From the NCBI RefSeq assembly GCF_036365525.1, contig NC_090371.1:94334211-94398210 (forward strand): a stretch of DNA of 64,000 nt. Reading direction: 5' to 3'. Shown piece by piece: positions 12,401-24,400 of the stretch. The notes under the pieces were generated by a model. The model was not told the origin of the DNA and made no database searches. It worked only from the letters and a program-made list of their open reading frames with translations. The DNA is from Heterodontus francisci. Lineage: Eukaryota. Within the stretch, counting starts at the first letter, position 1, and every line of letters begins with the position of its first letter. Position numbers and translations under genes: made by a program.

Positions 12401-15400
12401 TCAGGTCAGATGCTAGGAATCCTGTGGCGAGTAACTCTCCTCCTGACTCCCCAAAACCTGTCCACCATCTACAAGACACAAGTCAGGAGTGTGATGGAAT
12501 ACTCTCCACTTACCTGGATGGGTGCAGCTCCCAACAACACTCAAGAAGCTCAACACCATCCAGGAAAAGCAGCCCGCTTGATTAGCACCCCATCTACAAA
12601 CATTCACTCCCTCCATCACCGATGCACAGTGGCAGCAGTGTGTACCATCTACAAGATGCACTGCAGCAACATGCCAAGGTTCCTTTGAATCCGCGACCTC
12701 TACCATTTAGCAGGACATAGGCAGCAGATGCATGGGAACACCACCACCTGCAAGTTCCCCTCCAAGGCACACACCATCCTGACTTGGAACTATATTGCCG
12801 TTCCTTTACTGTCGCTGTGTCAAAATCCTGGAGCTCCCTTCCTAACAGCACTGTGGGTGTCCCTACCCCACATGGACTGCAGCGGTTCAAGAAGGCGGCT
12901 CACCACCACCTTCTCAAAGGGCAATTAGGGATGGGCAATAAATGCTGGCCTGGCCAGCGTTGCCCACATCCCATGAATGAATTTATTAAAAATTGCTGCA
13001 AGCATTTAGGAGCGTGTCAAAAGAGCTACTGATTTTTGGTTCCATTATTTTAGGGAGAAAGCTACTGGTCTTCCTGGTGTAGTTTCTACTTCTTTTCAAA
13101 TCAAAAGTATTAGCATTTTGGAACCAAAAAAAGGCTCATTGTAACAATCTGTAAGCATACTGTATGTAGAACTGGTTATGCCACAATGCCATTTCTAACC
13201 AAACATTAAAAATGTAGATTCCATCTCAACCCAGAAACACTAAGCCTGTTGTAAAATAGGTCAATAGTGACCAGACACATTTCAAAAATAAAAATTATAA
13301 AAAATAGACATTTTTGGGATTTGAAATGTGAAAGAAGCCACTAACTGTCGCATTGAGCTGGTTGTGAACATGCACATCTTTATTATTTCAGTACTGCTTT
13401 GCTGGAGAGGCATGTATACACAGATGAACTGAAAAATTTGCAGCTGTTGTTCAACTGTAACTGGTCCAAGCAACTTCCTTACACTTCCGATCAAGAGTAT
13501 TTTCCTCACTAAACAAGTTTCTGATCAGTGTGACTTAGTCCTTTAATATATTCTCTAATGCTGTTATTATAAACATGCTCCACCAGGTATCTTTCACAAA
13601 GGATTGTGGAGAAGATGAGGAATGCATCAATGACCTGACACTTAGTGCCCAGGCAGACTTGACGGGTAACAGGTAATAATGGTTAAAATATAAAATGTTG
13701 ACACAAATATCTACTGGCATTTCATGTTTATTTTTATTATATTCGATCTCCTCTGTGCCCTTTGATGAGGTAATGAAAATAATGTTTCTTTTATTTCATG
13801 GAAGCCATAGTTTCTTTGTTTCTCACGATTCCAACCAAAGAGCTGCTTCCATTTGCCTTTAATTGCTTCACTCTTTATCCTTCTTCACATATTCACATCC
13901 TTATTCTCTATCCCCTGACCTCAAAAGTAACTTCTGCATCTCCTCCATTGAGAAAGCTGCCTTCAAGAAGCTCTTTGGTGTTAAACCAGTACTTTTAAGC
14001 TCAACAACTCTAAACTCTCCATAAGGCTCAATTCCTTTCAGGACACGAATACTTTTTCCCATATCTGGAGAAGCTCCTCTTACTCGTATGGACAGGATAC
14101 AAGTAAAAGTTTTCCATTTGAGACAATTTCTCTCTCATCTCTAGCTTTCAATCTCCCCATCTCTGTCAAAACATTATTTTATCTCTCAATTTTATCCACA
14201 CATCTATGCTTATTACCCCTTTGAACTTTTCTTTATTGTTACTCCTAAGCTTCGAATATGCTATCCTGCCTAATCTTCATCTTCTATAATCATTCTGTTG
14301 AAATCTTTTACAGTTGCACTTATTACCCAAGACCCAAGTTGTGGAACTCCTTATCTCCTTTGGTCTTTCCATCCTCCGATAATCTTCAGGCCTTTAAACC
14401 TCAAGCTTAGCATCATCTAATTATTGCCTCTTGATTTATCTCGACTTCACACCTCTGACTATATTCTTTTGTGGTTACTATTTTAGCCAAAAAAGCCAGT
14501 GTGAGTAAATAGGCGAACTGAAAATGATAAACCTGCTATCTTTTAAAGTGCAACGTTATCCTGTACCAGCTTCTCAATGAAAACTAGTATTTCTTCATCT
14601 TAAAATGACCGATACTGATCTTAAATTACAGTATGCATCCTCACATCGTCCAACCCGATCAGAAAAAGTTCAGTCTGGCAATTAAATTAATAAACCAAAA
14701 GGAAAATGCCTACAACTCAAGATTAGCTGTGACTTTTTCCAAAAATATCTATTTCACTGGAGTTGAGGTAAGGGAACACCAGTCCGACTAATGTGTTTTG
14801 TGTCTGTACCAATGCATTTGGAGGTTCTAGATGCTTTCTTATTGATCCATGATAACTACATGATATTATTTATCATGTGTTTAGCAGGGGCCAATTAGAT
14901 CCAAGACCCTTAATGAAGAAACCTCATCTGCCAGTTTTGTTTTGCTGCTAGTAAATTCTCTGACTACTGACTGAAAAAAAACTGGGGTATGTTTGAATGT
15001 TGGCTGCACGATTCCACTTCAAATATTATTTACACAGCAGGACACTGACATTGTGTTGCACTTGACTGAGTGACAGTGAGTGAGCAGGCAGTAAAAGTAC
15101 ATGGGTGGCATGGTATTGACCTTTAGCCTGGCGAAGGCATTACTCCATCTCTGTGTTCGATCCAAAGAAAGTAGAAAGAAAGTCTTGCATTTATGTAGTG
15201 CCTTTCATAACCTCTGGACATCCCAAAGCACTTTTACAGCCAGTCGAGTACTTTTTGAAGTGTCGTCACTCTTGTAGGAATTTGAAGGTGGCGTTCTTAA
15301 AGCACTCAAAGGTTTATAGTTCAGGCTTGGGCTGAGAAGTGGCAAGTAACATTCGTACCACACAAGTGCCAGGCAATGACCATCTCTACCAAGAGACAAT

Positions 15401-18400
15401 TTAGCCATCTCCTCTTGACGTTCAGCAGCATTGCCATCGGTGAATCCCCCACTATCAACATCCTAGGGGTTACCATCAACCAGAAACTGAACTGGAGTAG
15501 CCATATAAATGCTGTGGCTGGAACAACAGATCAAAGGTTGCGAAATCTGTGGCGAGTACCTCCTCCCCTGACTCCCCAAAACCTGTCCACCATCTACAAG
15601 ACACAAGTCAGGAGTGTAATGGAATACTCTCCACTTGCTTGGATGAGTGCAGCTCCAACAACACTCAAGAAGCTCAACACCATCCAGGAAAAGCAGCCTG
15701 CTTGATTGGCAACTCCATCCTAAAGGCCTGCTCAGGTCGGGAAATAGAACCCGACCCGAACCCAACCAATCCACAGCGTACCCGAGCCCAACCCGGCCCA
15801 AGTCCCTCCAATGCTGCCTGAGCCCAACCCTGCCTGACCTCGACCCGACCCGCCCATCCCTTTACTTACCTTCTGACTGGGAAACTCCACGAAGCTGCAG
15901 CGCATGCTGGTCACGTCATAGTAACATCACTCGCTGACTGCGCAGACTCAGTTTCATCCTGGACTCCCAGCTCAGGTAAGTTATTTTTATTTTTAATACT
16001 TACCAGGAGAGCACTTATAGAGTCATAGAGTCGTACAGCATAGAAACAGGCCCTTCAGCCCACCGCGTCCATACCGACCATAATGCTTATCTATACTAAT
16101 CCCACCTGCCTGCATTAATTCCATATCCCTCTATGCCTTGCTCATTCAAATACCTGTCCAGATGCCTCTTAAATGTTGCTACTGTTCCTGCCTCCACCAC
16201 CTCCTCAGGCAGCTCATTCCAGATTTCCACTATTCTTTGTGTGAAAAATTTACCACTTTGATCCCCTTTAAACCTCCTCCCTCTCACCTTAAATCTATGC
16301 CCTCGAATTTTAGTCACCCCTACCATGGGAAACCGACTCTGGCTATCTACCCTATCTATGCCTCTCATAATTTTATATACCTCTATCATGTCCCCTCTCA
16401 ACCTCCTTTGCTCCAGGGAAAACCAACCCAACCTATCCAATCTCTCTTTATAACTCAAGCCCTCCGAACCAGGCAACATCCTTGTGAATCTTTTCTGTAC
16501 TCTCTCCAGCTTAATCACATCTTTCCTGTAGTGCGGCGACCAGAACTGTACACAGTACTCCAAATGCGGCCTAAACAACATTATGTATAACTGTAACATG
16601 ACGTCCCAACTCTTGTACTCAATGCCTCGGCCAATGAAGGCAAGCATGCCATACGCCTTCTTCACCGCCCTGTCTACCTGTGTTGCCACTTTCAGGGAAC
16701 TATGTACTTGCACCCCAAGGTCTCTCTGCTCAACAACACTCCCCAGGGCGCTGCCATTCACTGTATATGTCTTGCCCTGGTTTAACTTCCCAAAATGCAT
16801 CACTTCACAATTGTCTGCATTAAATTCCATTTGCCACTCCCTTGCCCACTTTCCCAGTTGATCTATATCCTGTTGTAACCTTAGACAACCTTCTTCACTG
16901 TCCACTATCCCACCAATTTTGGTATCATCTGCAAACTTACTAATCATGCCCTTTACATTCACATCCAAGTCATTAATATATATGACAAACAGAGGGCCCA
17001 GCACCGATCCTTGCGGCACACCACTGGTCACCGGCCTCCAATCTGAAAAACAACCCTCCACTACCACCCTCTGCTTCCTATCACCAAGCCAATTTTGTAT
17101 CCAATTTGCTAGCACACCCTGGATCCCATGTGTTCGAACCTTCTGGACCAGCCTACCATGCGGGACCTTGTCAAAGGCCTTGCTAAAGTCCATGTAGACA
17201 ACGTCCATCGCCCTGCCCTCGTCAATCCTCTTGGTCACCTCCTCGAAAAACTCAATCAAATTCATGAGACATGATTTCCCACGCACAAAGCCATGCTGAC
17301 TATCCCTAATCAGACCATGCCTTTCCAGATACATATAAATCCTGTCTCTCAGAGAATCCCTTCCAATAACTTTCCCACCACTGATGTAAGGCTCACCGGC
17401 CTGTAGTTCCCTGGCTTATCCCTGCTGCCCTTCTTAAATAAAGGCACAACATTAGCTCTCCTCCAGTCTTCCGGTACCTCACCCGTGGCTAATGATGATA
17501 CAAATATCTCTGCCAGGGCCCCAGCAATCTCCTACCTTGCTTCCCATAGCATCCTAGGATACACCTGGTCAGGCCCTAGGGATTTATCCATCTTACTGCG
17601 CTTCAAAACCTCCAACACCTCCTCCTTTGTCAAGTTGATATGCTCCAGGATATTGGTGTTCCCTCCCTTGAACTCACTAGCTTCCATCACCTTCTCCATG
17701 GTAAATACGGACGAGAAATATTAATTTACGACCTGGTCCATTTCCTGTGGTTCCACACATAGATTGCCACACTGATCCTTAAGGGGACCTACTCTCTCCC
17801 TAGCTACCCTTTTACTCTTAATATACTTATAGAATCTTTTAGGATTCTCCTTTATCTTATCTGCCAGGGAAATCTCATGGCCCCTTTCGCCCTCCTAATT
17901 TCCTTCTTAAATGTAGTCCTACATCCCTATACTCTTCGAGAGACTCGCTCGATCCCAGCTGCCTATACCTGACATATGCCTCCTTCTTTGTCCTGACCAG
18001 ACCCTCAATATCCCTCACCAACCAAGGTTCCCTAAACTTGCCAGCCTTGCCCTTCCATCTAACAGGAACATGCCGGCCCTGAGCTCTTCCTATCTCACTT
18101 TTAAAAGCCTGCCACTTGCCAGATGTCCCTTTACTTGTAAACAGCCTCTCCCATTCAACTTTTGAGGGTTCCTGTCTGATGCCATCGAAATTAGCCTTCC
18201 CCCAATTTAGGACTTCAACCTGAGGACCAGTCCTATCCTTTTCCATAACTATCTTGAAGCTAATAGAGTTATGGTCACTGGTCCCAAAGTGCTCCCCCGC
18301 TGACACATCAACCACTGCCCAGCCTCATTTCCTAAGAGGAGGTCGAGTGTAGCCCCTTCTCTAGTAGGGCCATCCACATACTGCTTCAGAAAACTATCCT

Positions 18401-21400
18401 GGACACACCTAACAAATTCTTCCCCATCTGATCCCTTAGCACTAAGGCAGTCCCAGTCAATATTAGGGAAGTTAAAATCACCTACTATTACAACCCTATA
18501 ATTCCTACACCTATCTGTGATTTCCCTACATATATGCTCCTCCACTTCCCTCTGACTATTGGGGGACCTATAGTATAATCCCATCAAAATGATCACCCCT
18601 TTTTTCTAAGTTCTACCCATATGGCCTCGCTGGACGTTCCCCCCGGGATATCCTCTCTAACTACTGCCGTATTGTCCTCCCTATTCAATAGTGCAACTCC
18701 CCCTCCTCTCTTACCTCCACCTCTGTCACGCTGGAAGGATCGGTACCCCGGAACATTGAACTGCCAGTCCTGCCCATCCCTCAACCACGTTTCCGTAATA
18801 GCTATAATATCACAATCCCAATTACTGAGCCATGCTATGAGTTCATCTGCCTTACCTGTAAGGCTTCTTGCATTAAAGTAAATGCAGTTTAGCCTACCAG
18901 ACCTTCCACGCTCCCTGTCCTGCCCCTGCCCGGCCTGTCTACTGGACTTGCTTGCTTTAACCTCTACATTTGCCTCAACTATCTCATCTGAGAGATGACT
19001 ACTTTGGGTCCCACCCCCTTGCAAGACTAGCTTAAACCCTCCCGAGTAGTACTAGCAAACCTCCCCGCAAGGATATTGGTCCCCCTCCAGTTTAGATTCA
19101 ACCCGTCCTTCTTGTACAGGCACCTCTGCACCAGAAGAGATCCCAATGATCCAAGTAGCTGAAACCCTCCCACCTACACCAGCTCTTCAGCCATGCATTC
19201 ATTTGCCTAATCCTCCTATTCCTACCCTCACTAGCATGTGGCACAAGGAGTAATCCTGAGATTACAACCCTAGAGGTCCTGCTTTTTAACCTTCTGCCTA
19301 ACTCCCAATATTCACTTTGCAGGACCTCATCTCTCTTCCTGCCTATGTCGTTAGTACCAATATGGACCACGACCTCTGGCTGCTCACCCTCCCCTTTCAG
19401 AATGTCCTGCAGCTGCTCCAAGACATCCTTGACCCTAGCACCAGGGAGGCAACATACCATCCTGGAGTCTCGTTTGTGGCCACAGAAACATCTATCTGCA
19501 CCCCTTACAATAGAATCCCCTATCACTTTAGCTCTTCCAACCCGTTTCCTCCCCTGCTGTGCAGCAGAGCCCTCCGTGTTGCCACGAACTTGGCTGTTGC
19601 TGCTTTCCCCTGGGAAGTCATCCCTCCCCAATAGTATCCAAAGCGGTATATGTTTGAGAGGGGGATGGCCACAGGGGACTCCTGCACTACCTGCCTGCAC
19701 CTACTACTCCATCTGGAGGTCACCCATCTCTTTTCTGCCATTGCAGCCATTACCTGCGGTGTGACCACCTCACTAAATGTGCTATCCACGACGTCCTCAG
19801 CATCGCGGATGCTCCACAGTGAATCCACCCGCAGATCCAGCTCCGTAATGCGGGTAGCTGGTAGCTGCAGCTGGATACACTTCCTGCACACATGGTCATC
19901 AGGGACACTGGAAGCATCCCTGATTTCCCACATAGCGCAGGAGGAGCATATCACGGGGCTGAGCTCTCCTGTCATGACTTACCCTTAGATTAATTAGTTA
20001 CTCCCTTAATTAAAAAATACCAATTACAATAGGGGCCTTGTTCCACCCACTCCAATCTAAAGTCCTTAAAAAAAAACACTTTCGTAGTATTCACCTTATC
20101 ACCAGAGATTTTTTTCCAACAAAAAAAAACTTTCCCCTTATTTTTTTTAAGATATTCTAACAGCTGCTACTCACCAACCAATCACTTTGCAGCTCTCCTC
20201 TGAAGTCACTGTTTGCCTTTTTTTTTCAAAACTCCGGCGCGCTGGAAGAGTTTGACTGCTCTCCGCTCTGCTCCTCTCCTCTCCGCTCCACTCCCGGAAG
20301 GTAAATACAGTTTAGCCTACACACTTACCGTGTGTGTCCGGCTCGACCCGACCTGAGCACGACCCGGACTTGGCTCGACCCGGCCCGAGCCCAAAAGATG
20401 GGCCCGACCCGACCCGAACCCGACACATGTCGTTGGGTCCTGTCGGGTTCGGGTCGGGTAGCAGGCCTTTACTCCATCCATCACCCTAAGCATTCATTCC
20501 CTTCACCACCTGCACACCATGGCAGCAGTGTGTACCATCTCCAAGATGCACTGCAGCAACTCACTAAGGCTCCTTCGACAGCACTTTCCAAATCTATGAA
20601 CTCCACCATCTGGAAGGACAAGGGCAGCAACTGCCACCTGAAAATTCCCCTCCAAGTCACAGACCATCCTGACTTGGAACTATATCACGGTTCCTTCATC
20701 ATCGCTAGGTCAAGATCCTGGAACTCCCTCTGTAACAGCACTGTGGGTGTATCTACACAATATGGACTGCAGCAGTTCAAGATGGCAGCTTACCACTACC
20801 TCTTTAAGTGCATTTAGGGATGGGCAATAAATGCTGGCCTTGCAAACACGCTCACATCCCCATGAATAAATAAAAAAAGGTTATAGGGCCCTCCTCTAGC
20901 ACCAACTTGCTTCCTTCTGTTAGATGTCTTATCCTGCAAGCAGAGGAGTAGTGTTGAGAGGTCGGATGCATTAGGAGCAAATACAGTGTTGCCCAAATGG
21001 CCATCCTGCACCCATCTCATGTTTGGGTGCATGAACTTGCATGATGTACGTGAATTTTGAGTGAAGGATCTTTTTATTGGGGCCCTTGTAACATGTAATT
21101 GTGCCAAGACTGTTTCAGGGATTAGTTGCAACTTAAACTTGTGAAACACTGCAGCAGGGGCATGTAAGGCAAGCATAAAAGAGCGGTAAGGTAATCGAAG
21201 TGCTTTACATTGGGGAAAGAAAACAGTTTGCGAATAGTATATTTAGCCCATTTACTTTATGTACGTTACTGGTAGGTTACCTTACCTTGGCTGCTTTATT
21301 CAAACTAATTAAATCCTTCCTAATTTGGCAGTGTCACTGGGTAGTGTAGGTAACATTCATGCATTGTGTCACCTCCTTTTCCCCTGCTTCATGTAACAGT

Positions 21401-24400
21401 ATCTTGGCTGCTGTAATTGTAAGCCTAGGTGCTCCTCCATGATGCTGCTTCATAATAACAATGTAGAGAAGAGTTCTAGACTTGTTTGCCTGCCAAAATG
21501 AAGTTTTGCCTTAAACAGCTGCTTCAGTGCTGGGAATCCTTCCCTGAATCTGTAAGCTTCCTTTAACTGGTAGATTACATAGCAGGAACCAGCTGTGAAT
21601 GAGGGTAAGTTATGGAGCAATCAATCGGGTCAGTCGTGCACTACTCAGCCAGATAGAAAGTCTACTCCCAAGAAGTCTAAAAATGTAGATTGCTCTGGAG
21701 AGCCTTTGTTATGTGATTCATGCTGTAAAGCTGTTTCAGAGGCACTTCAACAATACATTTCTCTTTCAAGTCAGTTGTCACCTGATGCAGTGCTTGCAAT
21801 GATGGTGATAGCAAGAAGCCACAATTCCAGATATGTCTTAAGTTGAAAGTATTGAACCGGCAATGTCTTGATGTTCAGGTCCATATTGACAGTAAACTGA
21901 GTTGACCCTGTTTTTGTTCCACAGTTGCAAAAATCTAATGAGCAGATTATTTTTCAATTACACATGGGTGACCATAAATGAGACAGTAATGAATAATTTA
22001 TAGAGCCTTTCCTAATAGAATTGGATGAGGAATTTTTAATTTTTTTTCAAATAGTTACTGCATATATACACAAATAATCAATTTCATGCACGATAATGAT
22101 TTTTATTTATTTGTCTTAAGCATCAGACTACTTTGGATTAAAATTGTTTCTAAGTGAGATTTTTTAAGATCTCGGTTGGATTGTCTGAGAGATATGCCAA
22201 GCAGAAGCAAGCTAGTTCCCCAGAGGAAGGAAGAGATATTGTGATGACAAGTATTTGCTAACGCTGCTTCATTCACAGCGCGCCATCAATTTGTTGCACC
22301 ACTTCCATGCGGCTTTACAATAGTTTTCAGGGCTTTGTCACTACTGAAAGGCAGGTGTTTCCATTCCCACATATAGTCAAGTCCACATACCGAGAGACAC
22401 AGATAGAAGCCCAGCTCAAATTGCCAGACAACCTTACTGGCTGAGGAATAATCCGTAACACAGAGAATTCCTTAAGTTAGGGCCAAAAAATATCTTACAG
22501 AGGGGAAATTAGTGGTAAATGTGCAGTCAAAAATCAATTCTGTGATATGTCATAATAATTAATACCATTATTCTGTTAAAGCAAGAAATTAACATTTTTT
22601 TTTGCTCCTCTTAAAGCAAAATGATGATTGCATGTCATCAGGACCAAACAATGTGACATGTAAAGTAGGATACCCCTTTCTTACACCTGGAGCAGAGGTA
22701 GGAACTGTTCAGTTTTGATATCTAGTTGTCAGTGTATTACTTCTTTCAAAAACAAGACAGTCATTTCCATGATAATTCTGATCAGTTTTATTGAATAACT
22801 AGCACATTTTGAATGTTTTCCTGTTGACAAGCATCTGGTTCATTGATAGTTCAGCAGTTTGCCTACATTACACTAAATTTAAAGATGTTTGTATGTATTA
22901 CCAAAAAAAAAGGATTTGTTTTGGTTAAAGAAAATATAGAAAGTTGGGCAGAGCTTATGTTGTCCTTCCATGGATGAATCTAAGTATTAGGTTAAGTGGC
23001 TTTATTTTGAAATAATGTTTAAACATGCATATCAGTGCTTCTTGTGTTCACTGTATACATGTAATGTGCTCTTTATCATTAGCATGTTCTGATGTACCAT
23101 CTTTCTTGAGCGGAATATATTCCTTTATTCATCCTAATGTAGTTTGGTGGCAATCCATCATCGTAGACTGTTCTGCCTCTAACATACTCCTCTGAGTAAG
23201 AATTTGGAACACTTAGAATATTTATACTGGCATTCCGGATCAGTTTGCTCTGAATTCTGATTTGACACAGGCAAACATATCAGTTGTATACTTTAATTTA
23301 CAGTTAGCCATGTTTATCTTTGGTAGGTTGATAAAAGATTATGATAAATTTTGCATTATGTCAATGAACAGTTTCTCTTTGTCTTAAATAAATGACTGCA
23401 AGTTAAAATTAGGAAGTGGGGAGTAAGAAAGGAAATCAGCTGGAATTATTTTTAAGCACGAAATATGGTTGAATTATAGGGGGTTGTTAAACACAAAAAG
23501 TGGTGGGTTTGGGTTGGGTGGGAATTAAAGTCTTCAAAACTAGATTCCTGACCCAATCCCACCTCCAACCTGCTCACTTCCAGCTTTAATGGAGGCGGAA
23601 AGGTGGGTGGGTGACCAACCTGCTCCAAGAAGGTGAGTAGCCACTTTAAATATTATCACGAGGCAGCAAGCCTCAATGTTATTCAACTTTTATAATTTAA
23701 CCCGAGCCTCGGGAAACCCAGAAGCTACACCTTGGAAAGGGCTGCTTTAATACTTTGTATCTTTATACCCACCCACTGGATCCAGCTTGGCTGCTTGGGC
23801 AACTCCTGTGATCAGGCATCACCTCCCCAAACTCCTCTGTGAAGACTCCATCCACCCACCCCGTGCCCCCCCCCCCCCCACCCACCTACACACACACCCT
23901 CCAAGGCCTCTACACGCTCCCCCGTCCCCCACCCTAATCCCGCCCTCAAGCCTCCAATCGTCTTACCCAGGCCTCCAATTTCCCACCTGCCCCCGGCCTT
24001 CAACCCCTCTCCCCAAAGGCCTCCAACCTCCCACTGCTGCCACCCCACACCACCCACCCCCGCTGGTCTCCGATCCATTTTACAGGCCTCTGATCACCTA
24101 CCAACCAAAGCCTCCAACTTTTACCCACCACACCTCCGATCCTTCCCCTACCCACCCTACTCAGTCCTCCGATCCCCTTCCCAGGCCTCTGATGTCCCTT
24201 CCCCTAGCAAAGCCTCTAATCCCCCAGGCCTCTGATCTCCAATCTCTGATCCCTTTCCCAGGCGCCTGATTTATCCCACTTGTCATGACCCTGGGACCCC
24301 CGAATCGACATCCCCTCTCCTGGTATTGACCCCTTCAGCCAAGATCCCCACCAGCCCCCCCCTCCCCGCCACAGTCCCCCTAATCTACCTTCCCCCTCTT

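Noticed and set aside
16096-17334. 412-aa reverse transcriptase ORF as a domesticated or active gene
   Set aside because: It is one piece of a CR1 ORF2 broken by several frameshifts upstream; not an intact element.
15721-20471. acccga/tcgggt short repeat arrays as a possible CRISPR-like or telomeric array
   Set aside because: No constant repeat-spacer period; they are subterminal repeats inside hAT TIRs in a eukaryotic intron.
21595-21846. 83-aa ORF in a repeat-poor intronic stretch as an extra exon or nested gene
   Set aside because: No recognisable motif, and the flanking ITGA1 exons already join in frame with no missing segment.
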